A DNA stretch of 64,000 bases from Desulfobulbaceae bacterium UBA5121 (GCA_002414225.1 DHYV01000016.1:52649-116648); one strand, 5' to 3'; counted from the stretch's first letter, positions 19,103-29,500 are shown. Notes: generated by a model from the sequence alone, not told the origin. Made by a program: numbers and translations.

Positions 19103-20138
19103 GGCTTTGGCCTGTCCTGGAAAATTCCGCAAAGGCAGGCGCTTGGCGGATCATTCCGGCCCGGAGCAGTTCGCCTGCCACGCGGTCGTAGTCTGTTTTC
19201 TGCAGCTCGCCCATTGGCACCTCGGAGCCGGCCGGCTGGATGATGTCCTGCATGCGGTCCAGCATCCAGTGTTGATGGGCGCGGTTTGAGTCCCGACCGA
19301 TGGTGTCGTAATGCATGAGAAAATCGACGGTTTCCTCCGGATGGGCAAAGGCGTACCGCCAGCCGCGGAGCACCGCCCGGACGAAGCGGTGGCAGGTTTC
19401 CGGCTCCTGCCGGTAGAAGGCTTCGGGGACGTAGATGCCGTCCTCGGGGAAGTTCAGGTTGTAGTCGCTGAAGAAGAAGGTTTTCAGTTCGTCAGGGTCG
19501 AGGCCGGAGTTGAGCAGCCGGTGATATTCATTGTACCACATGGCGGAAACCACATCGACGCCGTCCCGGAGGAAGAGGGTCATGGAGGAGGTTTGGCGCA
19601 CCGGATGGATGGTGAGGTGATATGCTTTGAAGAATGCCTGGGGCTGCAGGTCGAACTCCCCTTCCCAGAGGCCCACCTTCTTGCCGTTCATGTCCTCGGG
19701 CGAGGCGATGCCGCTGGTTGTTTTCGCCACCAGCATCAGGGAGGAGCGTTGGACCAGCTGGCAGATGTTGACCACCTTGACGCCGTTGGCCCGCAACTGG
19801 ATGCCCTTGGAGAGAAACATGCTGCCGAACTGGGCCTTGCCGTCGGCAAGGTATTCCGAGGGGGGCGCCCCCGGGCCGCCGCGCAGGATGGTGACGTCCA
19901 GGCCCGCCTCCTTGAAAAAACCCTTCTCCCTGGCGAGGTAATAGCCGGCAAACTGGGCCTGGGGAACCCACTGGGGAATGAACGCCACGGCGCGCAGGTC
20001 GTTGGCCCCGGCGGTGAGCGGCAGGAGGAGCAGGCAGAGAAGCGGCAACAGACGACAGGCGGTCTGGAGATGACGGCGGGCAACGGCGGCGGGCAGGCAG
20101 CGGTCCTGAAACCGTGTCGACCTCAAGCGGGTGGCCAT
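19095..20138 (-). CDS. Periplasmic substrate-binding protein, NMT1/THI5 (NitT/TauT-like) family
   Basis: Signal peptide LLPLLCLLLLPLTAGA, then AFIPQWVPQAQFAGYYLAREKGFFKEAGLDVTI...GKKVGLW, typical of NMT1-like SBPs. No ABC permease or ATPase is adjacent. The 3' end overlaps the phosphatase start. Confidence 0.7.
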   Translation of the reverse strand: MATRLRSTRFQDRCLPAAVARRHLQTACRLLPLLCLLLLPLTAGANDLRAVAFIPQWVPQAQFAGYYLAREKGFFKEAGLDVTILRGGPGAPPSEYLADGKAQFGSMFLSKGIQLRANGVKVVNICQLVQRSSLMLVAKTTSGIASPEDMNGKKVGLWEGEFDLQPQAFFKAYHLTIHPVRQTSSMTLFLRDGVDVVSAMWYNEYHRLLNSGLDPDELKTFFFSDYNLNFPEDGIYVPEAFYRQEPETCHRFVRAVLRGWRYAFAHPEETVDFLMHYDTIGRDSNRAHQHWMLDRMQDIIQPAGSEVPMGELQKTDYDRVAGELLRAGMIRQAPAFAEFSRTGQSHD

Positions 20139-20229
20139 GCGTATCTCCTTGGTGTGATGACGAAAGGGTACCAACAGCGCTGCAAGCATGATTTCACCCG
20201 GTCGCCCTGTCAGGCGTCCGGGTGAACGT

Positions 20230-20661
20230 TCACGGCTTTCGGGATGATGCCTTGTTTTTGGTAATGGTTAAAATGTTCGAATCATTTTGCCGTTCATAGG
20301 TGATATTGTCTACCATTTCCCGGCTCAGGAGGATGCCCAGCCCGCCCAAGGGCCGATCCTCGAGTGCCAGAGCGGTGTCCGGTCGCTCCGTGGCCAGGGG
20401 GTCGAAGTGGACCCCTGAATCGATGATCGTCACCTGGAAGGATTGGGCGTCGAGCGGCTGGCAGCGCACCGTGATGTCGCCCGGTGGCTTGGGGTAGGCG
20501 TACAGGATGATGTTGGTGAGCAGCTCGTCGCAGGCCAGCTCCACCTGGAGGCATTGCCGGGGGTCGAGTCCGAAGGCGTCCAGCTCGCCGTTGATGAAGT
20601 CCTTGAGGGCCGTCAGGTTTTCGATGGCGGCCGGCAAGGTCAGTTCCGATGGTTTGGCCAT
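20230..20661 (-). CDS. RsbW/SpoIIAB-like anti-sigma-type serine kinase (HATPase_c_2)
   Basis: 143 aa; ELACDELLTNIILYAY (N-box-like), IIDSGVHFDP and GGLGILLSREMVD (G-box). Confidence 0.75.
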   Translation of the reverse strand: MAKPSELTLPAAIENLTALKDFINGELDAFGLDPRQCLQVELACDELLTNIILYAYPKPPGDITVRCQPLDAQSFQVTIIDSGVHFDPLATERPDTALALEDRPLGGLGILLSREMVDNITYERQNDSNILTITKNKASSRKP

Positions 20662-20744
20662 GGGAGTTCTCCAGTCGTAACCTCGCTTGAGGGGAAGGCG
20701 TCGGCGTCGCCACTGCCATGGCGTCCGGAAAGCGTTTCCTCAGG

Positions 20745-21077
20745 TCAGCAGGACTGGATCGCCTGTTGCCGGTCGTCGCAGACGGTAAAGAGGGCACTGA
20801 AGCCGGAAATCTTGAAGACCTCTTGGACAACACCGTTGAGCCCGCAGAGCACCGCCGCGCCACTGCTCGTTTTTACCGATTTGGCCAGGAAGAGCATGCT
20901 GCGCAGGCCGGCGCTGCTGATATAGGCCAACTGGGAGAGATCCACTACAAACCGGTTGGCGCCGGCGGCCATTTCCTCCTTGACCTTTGCCTCGAATTCC
21001 GTGGCGTTGCTGGCGTCCATCTTGCCATTCACCGTCAGGATGGTGATATCTCCCTGTTTGTTTGCGGTAATTTCCAC
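20745..21077 (-). CDS. STAS-domain anti-anti-sigma factor (RsbV/SpoIIAA-like)
   Basis: 110 aa; ITILTVNGKMDASNATEFE...VVDLSQLAYISSAGLRSMLF, with the conserved phosphorylatable Ser in the DLS..YISSAGL context. Confidence 0.85.
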   Translation of the reverse strand: MEITANKQGDITILTVNGKMDASNATEFEAKVKEEMAAGANRFVVDLSQLAYISSAGLRSMLFLAKSVKTSSGAAVLCGLNGVVQEVFKISGFSALFTVCDDRQQAIQSC

Positions 21078-21551
21078 TGGCTACCTCCATGTGCGCGGGT
21101 GTCGTCGGCGACCGCGTTTACGTTCGGCGTTTCAGGCTGTTTTTAGCAGAGGTCCTCTCTTTCAAATTCCTCAACACATGGAATCGTAACCGCCGGGGAG
21201 GGCTGGACGGTGTCGCCACGGATACCCTCCCGTTGCGGTTGCGGCTTCATGGTTGACTTGTCGGCTGTCCTGCCTCCGGCCGGGCACGGTGGATTGTCCG
21301 GGACGGTCATCCCGGGCCTGTGGCGCGAAACCGGTGGTCAGGCCAGACAAGCTGATGGTGCATTTTAGCCTCCCGGCCGTGGCGTGTAAACGTAGAAGTG
21401 CTTCCAGGCTCCACGATGGTTCAGGGCCTCTCCCTGGTTTCGGATGAGGGGCGGCGCCCCGCCATTGCCCGTTTCGTCACCCGGATCAGGCGGGTCGCGG
21501 ACGGGCGGCCCTCTGCAATTTGGCCCGGTGGTCGGTGGCGACCGGGAGGGT

Positions 21552-22967
21552 TTAGCGTTTTGGCATCGTTTTCTGGTCGCCCTCCACCACCATGGTGAGC
21601 CGTGCCACCACCGTCATCAGCTGATTCGCCTCGTCGTGGAGTTCCTGCGCCGTTGCCGAGGTTTCCTCAGCTGTGGCGGCGTTGCGTTGGGTGGTTTCGT
21701 CGAGGTTGTGGATACCGCCGCTGATCTGTTCCACGCCGAGGGATTGCTCCCGGTTGGCGGCGGCAATGTCCTCGATGAGATCGGCCACCTGGCCGGCGGC
21801 CGTGGCCACGCTGGCAAACGAGGCCGTGGCCTGCTCCACCAGCCGGCTGCCTTCGCTGATCTTGCCAACCACCTCGTCGATGAGGCCAGAGGTGTCGCGG
21901 GCCGCCCCGGCCGAACGTTGCGCGAGGTTCCGTACCTCGTCGGCCACCACCGCAAAGCCCGCTCCCGCTGATCCGGCCCGCGCCGCTTCCACCGCGGCGT
22001 TCAGGGCAAGCAGGTTGGTCTGGAAGGCGATGTCGTCGATGGTCTTGATGATGGCGCCGATCTGCTGGCTGGCCGCGTTGATCTCGGCCATGGCGTTGTT
22101 CATCCGGCCGATGGCCTCGTTGGCCCGGTCCACCTCGTGGGCCGTGGCCTGCATCCGGTCGTTGGCCTGGCCGGTGCTGGCGGCGTTGTTGCGGGTCATG
22201 CTGTTGATCTCCTCAAGGGAGGCGGAGGATTCCTCCAGGGCCGCGGCCTGGCCAGCGGCCCGGTCGGCGAGTTCGCCGGCCGCCGCTGCCACCTCGGCGG
22301 AGAAGGCGTTGATGTGGTGGGCTCCGGCCGCCACCGTGGAGGTGATCTCGCGGAGCGGTCGGGTGATCTCGCGGCCCACGAAGAACCACGCCCCGGCCAC
22401 CACCATGATCTGGATGGCAAGCAGCACGCTCTGGAGGCGCTGGATGGTGGCCAAGTTGTTGAGGCTTTCGTAGTCGGTGACGATCTCGTTCATTGCCTGG
22501 AGGAGCGGCAGGTTCTCCGCACCGATGGAGGCCAGGGCCTCGCGGCCGACCGGCGAGTTCACCCCCTGGCTGGCAAGCACCGCGAAATGTTCCTTGAAGG
22601 TGCCCCAGGCGGTGTGCAGGCGGTCGAGCTTGGCGCGGATGGCAGGATCGGTGGCGGGGGCGAGGTCGAGTTCGGCGTCACCGTCGCTGAGGCCTTTCAG
22701 GGTCCGGTCAAAGAGGGTCACCGTCTCGTTGATCCCGGCCACGGCCTGGCCGGGGTCGGTTCCGGCCGGCAGGGCCAGCAGGGCGAACGCCTCCTTGCTC
22801 ATCTTCTGGCTGAGCATCCGCTGGCGGCCGGCCAGGTTGATGGTTCGCCCCGCCGCCTTCATCTGCTGGGTCACCGAGAAGATGATACCGGCGTTGATGA
22901 ACCCGATGGCGAGGAAGGCCAGGAGAAGCACGGCGATCTTGGTGCTGAGGGTGAAGCGGCTGGACAT
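21552..22967 (-). CDS. Methyl-accepting chemotaxis protein with PilJ/NarX-type four-helix periplasmic sensor
   Basis: The N-terminal [19 protein letters not shown] motif (PilJ/NarX P-box-like) lies between two TM segments. The C-terminal MCP signalling domain has [27 protein letters not shown]. Confidence 0.85.
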   Translation of the reverse strand: MSSRFTLSTKIAVLLLAFLAIGFINAGIIFSVTQQMKAAGRTINLAGRQRMLSQKMSKEAFALLALPAGTDPGQAVAGINETVTLFDRTLKGLSDGDAELDLAPATDPAIRAKLDRLHTAWGTFKEHFAVLASQGVNSPVGREALASIGAENLPLLQAMNEIVTDYESLNNLATIQRLQSVLLAIQIMVVAGAWFFVGREITRPLREITSTVAAGAHHINAFSAEVAAAAGELADRAAGQAAALEESSASLEEINSMTRNNAASTGQANDRMQATAHEVDRANEAIGRMNNAMAEINAASQQIGAIIKTIDDIAFQTNLLALNAAVEAARAGSAGAGFAVVADEVRNLAQRSAGAARDTSGLIDEVVGKISEGSRLVEQATASFASVATAAGQVADLIEDIAAANREQSLGVEQISGGIHNLDETTQRNAATAEETSATAQELHDEANQLMTVVARLTMVVEGDQKTMPKR

Positions 22968-23304
22968 GGGTATTCCTCCTCTCGGATGATTAATGGGGGC
23001 GGGACTCAGGCGCTGGCGCCACGGTTCTCAGCCGCCGGGGTGATAAGGAGAGCATAGCCGTGGCCGGTCCTTTCTGGCATTGACTTGGATCAAGGGCGAT
23101 GGCGAAAACGGGAGCGGACAAGGGCGTGTTCGAGGGGCTTGGTCGCGCCTCCGGCCAGTACGGGCGAACCGGCACCCGCGCCAACGCCTTGACGGGTTTT
23201 GGGCAGGCCGGCATTGAACGTGGTTCTGCCGGGGTGGGGCAGACCGGTCGCGTCGCCTGAGGCACGGAGAGGGGCCGGGCGAAAGCGGGTTTGGCAAGGT
23301 GTTG

Positions 23305-25020
23305 TCATGGAGTTTCTGGCCTGTTGGCGGCTGGCGGGGGGGCAGGCGGCCGGCGGTCCGGCGCCAGGGGGTCCAGGGCGGCAATCCCTTTCCTGAAGAT
23401 CAGGAGCGACGGCCCTGCGGCCAGTAGCAGCGAGGCGACGATCCAGCAGAGGAGCAGAGCCAGGTCTCCTGCCTCCCACGCTACCCCCCCGAGCCACTTC
23501 TTGGTCAACCGGTAGGCGGGCAGACTGCCCAGAAAAATTACCGCGAGTTCAAAGGCCATGGCGGTGAAGAGAAAGAGGATGGCGCCCATGCTGCCCAGGG
23601 CCGCGGCCCGGTTTTCGGCCTTGAAGTCGGCGTAGATGGCGCCGAAGCCGAGCGCCAGGGCGAGCACCGCCCAGGTGATCACCAGGCTGGTCGCCACCGA
23701 AAACCACCACATGGGGCCGGTGATGGAGAGCAGATGGTCGGAGACGGTCACCAGCAGCAGGTCGAGGGCGGTGAAGGGGGCGAGGTAGTAGAGATATTTC
23801 TGGAGAAGAAAGCGGCGCATGGCGAGGGGCGAACTCTGGATCAGGTAGAACGCCCCTCCCTCGGCCCCCACCGACGGGTAGACGAAGCGGGCCGAGAGCG
23901 AGGCGATGATGAAACCCGCGAGGCCGATGTTGAGAAAGGAGATCAGATTGGTGATGTACTCCTTGGCAAAGAGGGAGCGGCTCACCGGCAGCATCCGGAA
24001 GTTGTAGAGGTAGACCACCACCAGGGCGCCGATCATGAAGAGCTGCGACCATTCGGTGGAATCCCGCAGGAATGCCTTGGTTTCCTTTGCAAAGATCCAC
24101 CGCCACGGAGACGGTCGGTAACGGCGGCTGCTGAAGCGGCGGTGGCCGCCGAAGGATTCCTGGGACTTGGAGAATCCGGCGAAGAACCAGCGCTGCATGG
24201 CTCCTTCTCCTAAGAAGAAGAGGGCCGGACCGGTGACCGCCAGCAGCGCGAGCAGGAGCCAGTCCACCTCGCGGTCGAGGAGAAAGAGCGACAGGAGGTT
24301 CGCGGCCCAGGCCGCCGGCACGTAGGGGCCGGCCGGCTGGGAGATGTTGGACAGGTACTCGATGAAGTGGCCGTAGTGGTCGGGGTTGACCAGCTCTTCG
24401 GGCCGCAGCATGCGGAACATGATGTAGATGAAGATGCCGAAGAGAAGTGAGAGGTAGAGGACGATGTCCTTGATGCGGCGGGCCGGGAAGAGGTTGACCA
24501 GCACCACGGTGACCAGCATGCCGAAGGCCGAGGCGATTGCCGCGGTGGCGATGACCGCAAAAATCATTAGCGGCCAGTAGCCGGCACTGGCCCGGAACAC
24601 CGTGCCGTAGGCGGCGAAGATGGGGAGTGAAAAGACCACCATCATCCACGAGGTGTAGGCGGTGGTGGTCAGGTAGCGCATGGCGTAGAGTTCGGCGGGG
24701 GGGATCGGCGCGGCAAAGACGATCTCGTTGTCCTGGGAGAGGAAGAGGGTTGAAACAGCCGACACCAGGCAGGAGAAGACCAGCATGGCAAAGAGGGTGA
24801 TCCAGGCCATCTGGAAGATCCTGAGGCTCAGGATGATGCCCAGCTCGTTTTGGCGGTGGAAGTAGCCGATCACCCGAACCGACACCAGATAGAGGGCAAG
24901 ACAGAGGGCGAGACAGGAGAGCAGGGCGGCGAGCCCCTTCCAGGGCACCTTGCCTGGCGGCAGGAAGCGGTTTTTGAGTGATTTGCGGAAGGGGACGAGC
25001 AGAACGCGGCGTGAGGACAT
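23305..25020 (-). CDS. Polytopic integral membrane protein (putative ABC-exporter-like permease family), 571 aa
   Basis: At least 10 hydrophobic helices throughout and no soluble domains. It is the last gene of the HlyD-ABC-FtsX-FtsX string on the minus strand. The family assignment is tentative. Confidence 0.6.
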   Translation of the reverse strand: MSSRRVLLVPFRKSLKNRFLPPGKVPWKGLAALLSCLALCLALYLVSVRVIGYFHRQNELGIILSLRIFQMAWITLFAMLVFSCLVSAVSTLFLSQDNEIVFAAPIPPAELYAMRYLTTTAYTSWMMVVFSLPIFAAYGTVFRASAGYWPLMIFAVIATAAIASAFGMLVTVVLVNLFPARRIKDIVLYLSLLFGIFIYIMFRMLRPEELVNPDHYGHFIEYLSNISQPAGPYVPAAWAANLLSLFLLDREVDWLLLALLAVTGPALFFLGEGAMQRWFFAGFSKSQESFGGHRRFSSRRYRPSPWRWIFAKETKAFLRDSTEWSQLFMIGALVVVYLYNFRMLPVSRSLFAKEYITNLISFLNIGLAGFIIASLSARFVYPSVGAEGGAFYLIQSSPLAMRRFLLQKYLYYLAPFTALDLLLVTVSDHLLSITGPMWWFSVATSLVITWAVLALALGFGAIYADFKAENRAAALGSMGAILFLFTAMAFELAVIFLGSLPAYRLTKKWLGGVAWEAGDLALLLCWIVASLLLAAGPSLLIFRKGIAALDPLAPDRRPPAPPPAANRPETP

Positions 25021-25130
25021 GATTTTTTTAATTACGACGTTGAAGATTGAGCCAGCGGGAACGCCTCAAGAGCTTTCGTCGGGCTCCTGGCTCCCGAGGC
25101 TGGCCGTCGCATTCTCTTTTGTCCATCCTA

Positions 25131-26330
25131 TCATTCAGCCCGCAGGGCGTCCACCGGCTTGAGGCGGGCGGCACGGCGGGCCGGGAAGACGCCGGCGGCG
25201 AGCCCCACGACCGCGGCGAGAAGCTCCGCCGTCACCACGTAGCCCCAGGAGGTATGGGTGGGCATGGCCGGGATCAGCGCTCCCAGGAGCCAGGCGGAGC
25301 CTGCCCCCAGCACGAGGCCGGCCAGTCCGCCCAGGGCGGCGAGCACCACCGCCTCGCCCAGGAAGAGGGCCATGATTTGGCCGCGGCCGGTGCCCAGCGC
25401 CCGCAGGAGGCCGATCTCGCCGGTTCGTTCGTTGACCGCGATACTCATGATGGTGAGGATGCCCACTCCGCCCACGGCGAGGGAAATACCGCCCAGGGCC
25501 GCCACCGCCATGGTGAGGATGTCCAGCACCGAGCCCAGCACCTGGAGCATCTGTTCCTGGGTGGTGATGGAGAAGTCCTCGCTGCCGTGGCGGGCCATCA
25601 ACACCTTGCGGATTTTTCCGGCCACCACCTTACTGTTTGCCCCGGCGTGGTAGAGGACATCGATCTCCATGAGACTTTCGCGGTTGAACATGGCCAGGGC
25701 CTTGGCCGTTGGCACGTAGACCGCGTCGTCGAGATCAAAGCCCAGCATCCTGCCCTTGGGCTCCATCACCCCCACCACCCGAAAGCTCTCCCCGCCGATG
25801 CGGATTCGCTGCCCCAGCGGGTTGTCGGCGCCGAACAGGTCGTGGCGTACCGTGCTTCCCAGCACGGCAAAGGCGCGGGCCGCTCGGGGCGGGTCGGCGG
25901 GTAGAAAGCGTCCCATGGCCACCGGAAGCTGCCATACCTTCGGCACCTCCGGGCCGGTGCCGAAGATCGTGGTGCGGCGGGTATGGTGGCCCGCCTCCAC
26001 CTCGGCGTTACCCTGCAGGAAGGGGACCGAGGCGATCACCTCGGGCAGCCGGGCCAGGGCGTGGGCGTCCTCGATGGTCATGGGCCGGACGTTGCTGATC
26101 ACCGCCCCGGAGATACCGTGGGTGGTGCGGCGGCCGGGGTTGATGCCGATGAGGTTGGTGCCGAACTGGGTGAACTCGGCGAGCACGAAGTGGTGGACCC
26201 CCTCGCCAAGCGAGGTGAGGAGCACCACCGCCGCGATTCCCACCGCTATCCCTAAGGCGGTGAGGACGCTGCGCAGCCTTTGCGCGCGGACCGCGTGGGT
26301 GGTGAGGTGGATGAAGTCGTCAAAACGCAT
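25131..26330 (-). CDS. ABC transporter permease, FtsX/MacB type (paralog 2)
   Basis: RSVLTALGIAVGIAAVVLLTSLGEG, a periplasmic MacB_PCD-like domain, and SIAVNERTGEIGLLRALG...PARRAARLKPVDALRAE. Confidence 0.85.
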   Translation of the reverse strand: MRFDDFIHLTTHAVRAQRLRSVLTALGIAVGIAAVVLLTSLGEGVHHFVLAEFTQFGTNLIGINPGRRTTHGISGAVISNVRPMTIEDAHALARLPEVIASVPFLQGNAEVEAGHHTRRTTIFGTGPEVPKVWQLPVAMGRFLPADPPRAARAFAVLGSTVRHDLFGADNPLGQRIRIGGESFRVVGVMEPKGRMLGFDLDDAVYVPTAKALAMFNRESLMEIDVLYHAGANSKVVAGKIRKVLMARHGSEDFSITTQEQMLQVLGSVLDILTMAVAALGGISLAVGGVGILTIMSIAVNERTGEIGLLRALGTGRGQIMALFLGEAVVLAALGGLAGLVLGAGSAWLLGALIPAMPTHTSWGYVVTAELLAAVVGLAAGVFPARRAARLKPVDALRAE

Positions 26331-26357
26331 GGGCGTTGTCTGTACTCGCGAAACGGT

Positions 26358-27563
26358 TCAACGTCGGGCCAGGGCCTCGGCGGCGGGGAGCCGGGACGCG
26401 GCCCTGGCCGGCAGGATGCCGAAGATGAGGCCGGTGGTGACCGCGACTCCCAGGGCCAGGGGGGCAGACCAGTCGGCGATGACGATCGGGAACTGGGGGA
26501 GGAAGGCCGCGAGAACCCTGAGTCCAGCTGCCGCCGCGATCAACCCGAGCAGTGCCCCGGCCAGGGAGAGCAGGGCCGATTCGGTGAGAAAGATTCGCAG
26601 GATGTGGCGTCGGGGCGCACCCAGGGCCTTCATCAGCCCCACCTCGGCGCGGCGGTTGGAAACCGCCACCAGCATGACGTTCATAATCATGATCCCGGCC
26701 ACCACCAGGCTGATGGCGGCGATCCCGCCCACGGCCAGGGTGAGGGTGCGGAAGATCTTGTCAAAGGTGGCCAGGATGGCGTCCTGGCTGATGACGGTGA
26801 TGTCGTCCTCGCCGTCGTGGCGCTGGGTGATGGTGGCGCTGATGCGTTCCTTGGCCGTGGCGATGGTGTCGTCTGCCGTAGCCTCCACCAGGATGCGGAA
26901 CAGCGAGGCGGTGTTGAACAGGGCCTGGGCGTTGGCCACCGGAATGATCACCGTCTCGTCGATGTCGTCGCCCAGGGACATGCCGGTGGGCGCGAGCACG
27001 CCGTTCACTCGGAAACGGCGGTCGCCGATCCGGAGCCACTGCCCCAGCACCTGATCGCCGCCAAAGAGTTCGGTCTTGAGCTTGACGCCGATCACGCAGA
27101 TGCTCATTCCCCGGGTGGGGTCACCGGCGGGCAGGAAGCGCCCTTGGATCAATTTCAGGTGGCGCATGGCGGCAAGCTCGGCGGTGGCGCCCACCACCAA
27201 TACCTCGCGTTCGAGCTGGTGGCGGGAAACCGGCGCCGACCCTACGACGATGGGCGACATCCGGCGCACCGAGCTGAGGCGGGTGAGCGCCAGGGCGTCG
27301 TCCAGGGTGAGGTCGCGGGGGGTGGCGCCCAGCAGCGGCGGCGGGCCGCCGGTGGTTTCGGAGCGGCCCGGCAGCACGATGAGGAGGTTGGTGCCGAGCG
27401 ACGAGAATTGATTGGCCACGTAGTGCCGGGCACTCTCGCCCAGTGAAACCAGGAGCACCACCGAGGCCACCCCGATGGCCATGGCAAGCAGCATCAGCAG
27501 GGTGCGGGCCCGGTAGGACGCCACGGCGTGGACGCTGAAACGGAGGGTATCGCGAAGCTGCAT
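26358..27563 (-). CDS. ABC transporter permease, FtsX/MacB type (paralog 1)
   Basis: RTLLMLLAMAIGVASVVLLVSLGES, a periplasmic domain, and MLVAVSNRRAEVGLMKALG...PARAASRLPAAEALARR. Confidence 0.85.
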   Translation of the reverse strand: MQLRDTLRFSVHAVASYRARTLLMLLAMAIGVASVVLLVSLGESARHYVANQFSSLGTNLLIVLPGRSETTGGPPPLLGATPRDLTLDDALALTRLSSVRRMSPIVVGSAPVSRHQLEREVLVVGATAELAAMRHLKLIQGRFLPAGDPTRGMSICVIGVKLKTELFGGDQVLGQWLRIGDRRFRVNGVLAPTGMSLGDDIDETVIIPVANAQALFNTASLFRILVEATADDTIATAKERISATITQRHDGEDDITVISQDAILATFDKIFRTLTLAVGGIAAISLVVAGIMIMNVMLVAVSNRRAEVGLMKALGAPRRHILRIFLTESALLSLAGALLGLIAAAAGLRVLAAFLPQFPIVIADWSAPLALGVAVTTGLIFGILPARAASRLPAAEALARR

Positions 27564-27603
27564 GGGTGTCTTGCCCGGGAAAGTGTTTTCGCTCCCACGG
27601 TGG

Positions 27604-28275
27604 TCAGCCGCTGTCCGCCTCGATGCTGCCGTCCACCATTCGGATGCGGCGGTGGGCGCGGTCGCCCAGTTCCGGGTCGTGGGTGACCATGATCAGGGTC
27701 AACCCCTCGCGGTTGAGCCCTTCGAGGATCTCGATGACCTCGGTGCCGGCGGCGCGGTCGAGATTGCCGGTGGGCTCGTCGGCCAGGATCAGCTTGGGGT
27801 GCATGATCACCGCGCGGGCAATGGCCACCCGCTGGCGCTGGCCGCCGGAGAGCTGGTCGGGGCGGTGGCGGGCGCGGTCGGCCAGGCCGAAGGCGGTGAG
27901 CGCCGTGTCCACCCGGCGGGTCCGTTCAGCCGGATCGACTCCGGCCAGGGTCAGCGGCAGCTCGATGTTTTCGGCGGCGGAGAGTCGGGGAACCAGATGA
28001 AAGAACTGGAAGACGAAGCCGATCTGGTGGCGTCGGACCTGGGCCTGCTGTTCCTCGCCAAGGTCCGAAACCTTGGCCCCGGCGAGGAAATAGCTGCCCC
28101 GGTCCGGCCGGTCCAGAAGTCCCAGAATGTTGAGCAGGGTGGACTTGCCCGACCCCGAAGGGCCCATGATGGCGACGTATTCCCCTGCCGCCACCGTCAG
28201 ATCGACCTGATGGAGGGCATGCACCGCCTCCTCACCCACCTGGAAGACCCGTTCTATGCCGTCGAGCCGGATCAT
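27604..28275 (-). CDS. ABC transporter ATP-binding protein (MacB/LolD type)
   Basis: Walker A GPSGSGKST, LSGGQRQRVAIARAV and Walker B ILADEPTGNLD. The start overlaps the HlyD stop (ATGA). Confidence 0.9.
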   Translation of the reverse strand: MIRLDGIERVFQVGEEAVHALHQVDLTVAAGEYVAIMGPSGSGKSTLLNILGLLDRPDRGSYFLAGAKVSDLGEEQQAQVRRHQIGFVFQFFHLVPRLSAAENIELPLTLAGVDPAERTRRVDTALTAFGLADRARHRPDQLSGGQRQRVAIARAVIMHPKLILADEPTGNLDRAAGTEVIEILEGLNREGLTLIMVTHDPELGDRAHRRIRMVDGSIEADSG

Positions 28276-29420
28276 GACGTTTCGTGCACGGTCACCGGCA
28301 CGTTGTCGGCCACCCCTGCCTTGTCCACGGAGGTCACTACCTCCTCGCCGGCCGTAAGCCCCTTGGTGACCTCGGTGAGGTCCCAGTTGGCGAGACCGAT
28401 GGTGATGGTGCGGGCATGGATGCGGCGGTCGGCCGCGGAGTAGACGTAGACGCGGTTGCCCTCCACAATGGCCTGGGTGGGTACCCGCAGGGTGTTGTTG
28501 TGGACCGCGGTGACAATCTCGACATCGGCACTGTAGCCGGCCAGGAAGTCGCCCTTCGCCGCATTGCTGAACGCCACCTCCACGTCCACGGTCCGGGCCT
28601 GCTTTTCCATGTCCAGCACATAGGGGGCGATGCGGCGGACCCGGCCTGCGAAGTGGCGGTCGGCGTAAGCGTCAAGAAGGATTCGGGCCGGCATCCCCAC
28701 CTCCACCTTGGTGGCGTCCACCTCGTCGATGGGAGCGGTGACGTAGTAGCAGCTGGTGTCGAGAAGCACCACGGTGGGCGGGGTGGGGATGCCCGGCGGA
28801 GACGGAGTGACGTATTCGTTCAACTCGCCGTTGATCTCGGCCACGATGCCGTCAAAGGGGGCAACGAGCCTGGTCCGTTCGAGTTCCGCGGCGAGCACCA
28901 TGAGCCGGTCACGGCTGGTGTCGGCCGCGGCTTTGGCGGCGGTGTACTCGGCCTGCCGGATCTGGGCAGCGGTCACGGCCTGGTCGGTTTCCTTTTCGGA
29001 AATCGCCCCGGTCCGGCTGAGCTTGGTGTGGCGGGCCGCCTCGCGGGCGGCGATTGCGGCCTGGCTCTTGGCGGCGTCCGCCTTGGCCAGGGCGGCGGCG
29101 TACTCGCTCTTCGCCAGGGTGAGCTGGGCGGCGAGATCCTTGTTCCACAACTCGAGCAGCAACTGCCCTTTCTTGACCCGTTCGCCCTTGTGGACGGCGA
29201 GCCTCGCGAGCTGGCCGCCGACCCCGGGCGAGAGGTTAGCCTCCCGGCAGGCCTTGAGGGTTCCGGCGCGGGTGTTGGCGACGATCATCTCCACCCGGCC
29301 GCGGGTCACCGGTTGGATTGTCACCGCCACCGGTTTGGCCCGCATGGCGTACCAGCTGCCACCGGCCGCAGCACCACAGAGCAGGAAAAAGACGAACCAG
29401 CGGAAGGGATGTCGTCGCAT
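28272..29420 (-). CDS. HlyD/MacA-family periplasmic adaptor subunit
   Basis: N-terminal TM anchor (FRWFVFFLLCGAAAGG), a lipoyl-like segment (VGGQLARLAVHKGERVKKGQLLLEL), a coiled coil and a beta-barrel. Confidence 0.85.
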   Translation of the reverse strand: MRRHPFRWFVFFLLCGAAAGGSWYAMRAKPVAVTIQPVTRGRVEMIVANTRAGTLKACREANLSPGVGGQLARLAVHKGERVKKGQLLLELWNKDLAAQLTLAKSEYAAALAKADAAKSQAAIAAREAARHTKLSRTGAISEKETDQAVTAAQIRQAEYTAAKAAADTSRDRLMVLAAELERTRLVAPFDGIVAEINGELNEYVTPSPPGIPTPPTVVLLDTSCYYVTAPIDEVDATKVEVGMPARILLDAYADRHFAGRVRRIAPYVLDMEKQARTVDVEVAFSNAAKGDFLAGYSADVEIVTAVHNNTLRVPTQAIVEGNRVYVYSAADRRIHARTITIGLANWDLTEVTKGLTAGEEVVTSVDKAGVADNVPVTVHETS

Positions 29421-29472
29421 GGGAGCAGGAAAACCGAAGGCATTGGTTAGTAAATTAAAAAATACAATTATA

Positions 29473-29500
29473 ACTATAGGATGGCTGCGGGAAGTGGCAA
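29473..29500 (-). promoter_or_regulatory. Candidate sigma70-type promoter for the HlyD-ABC operon
   Basis: On the minus strand: TTGCCA (29500-29495), a 16-nt spacer, then TATAGT (29478-29473). It sits in an AT-rich patch 50-80 nt upstream of the HlyD start. Confidence 0.4.
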
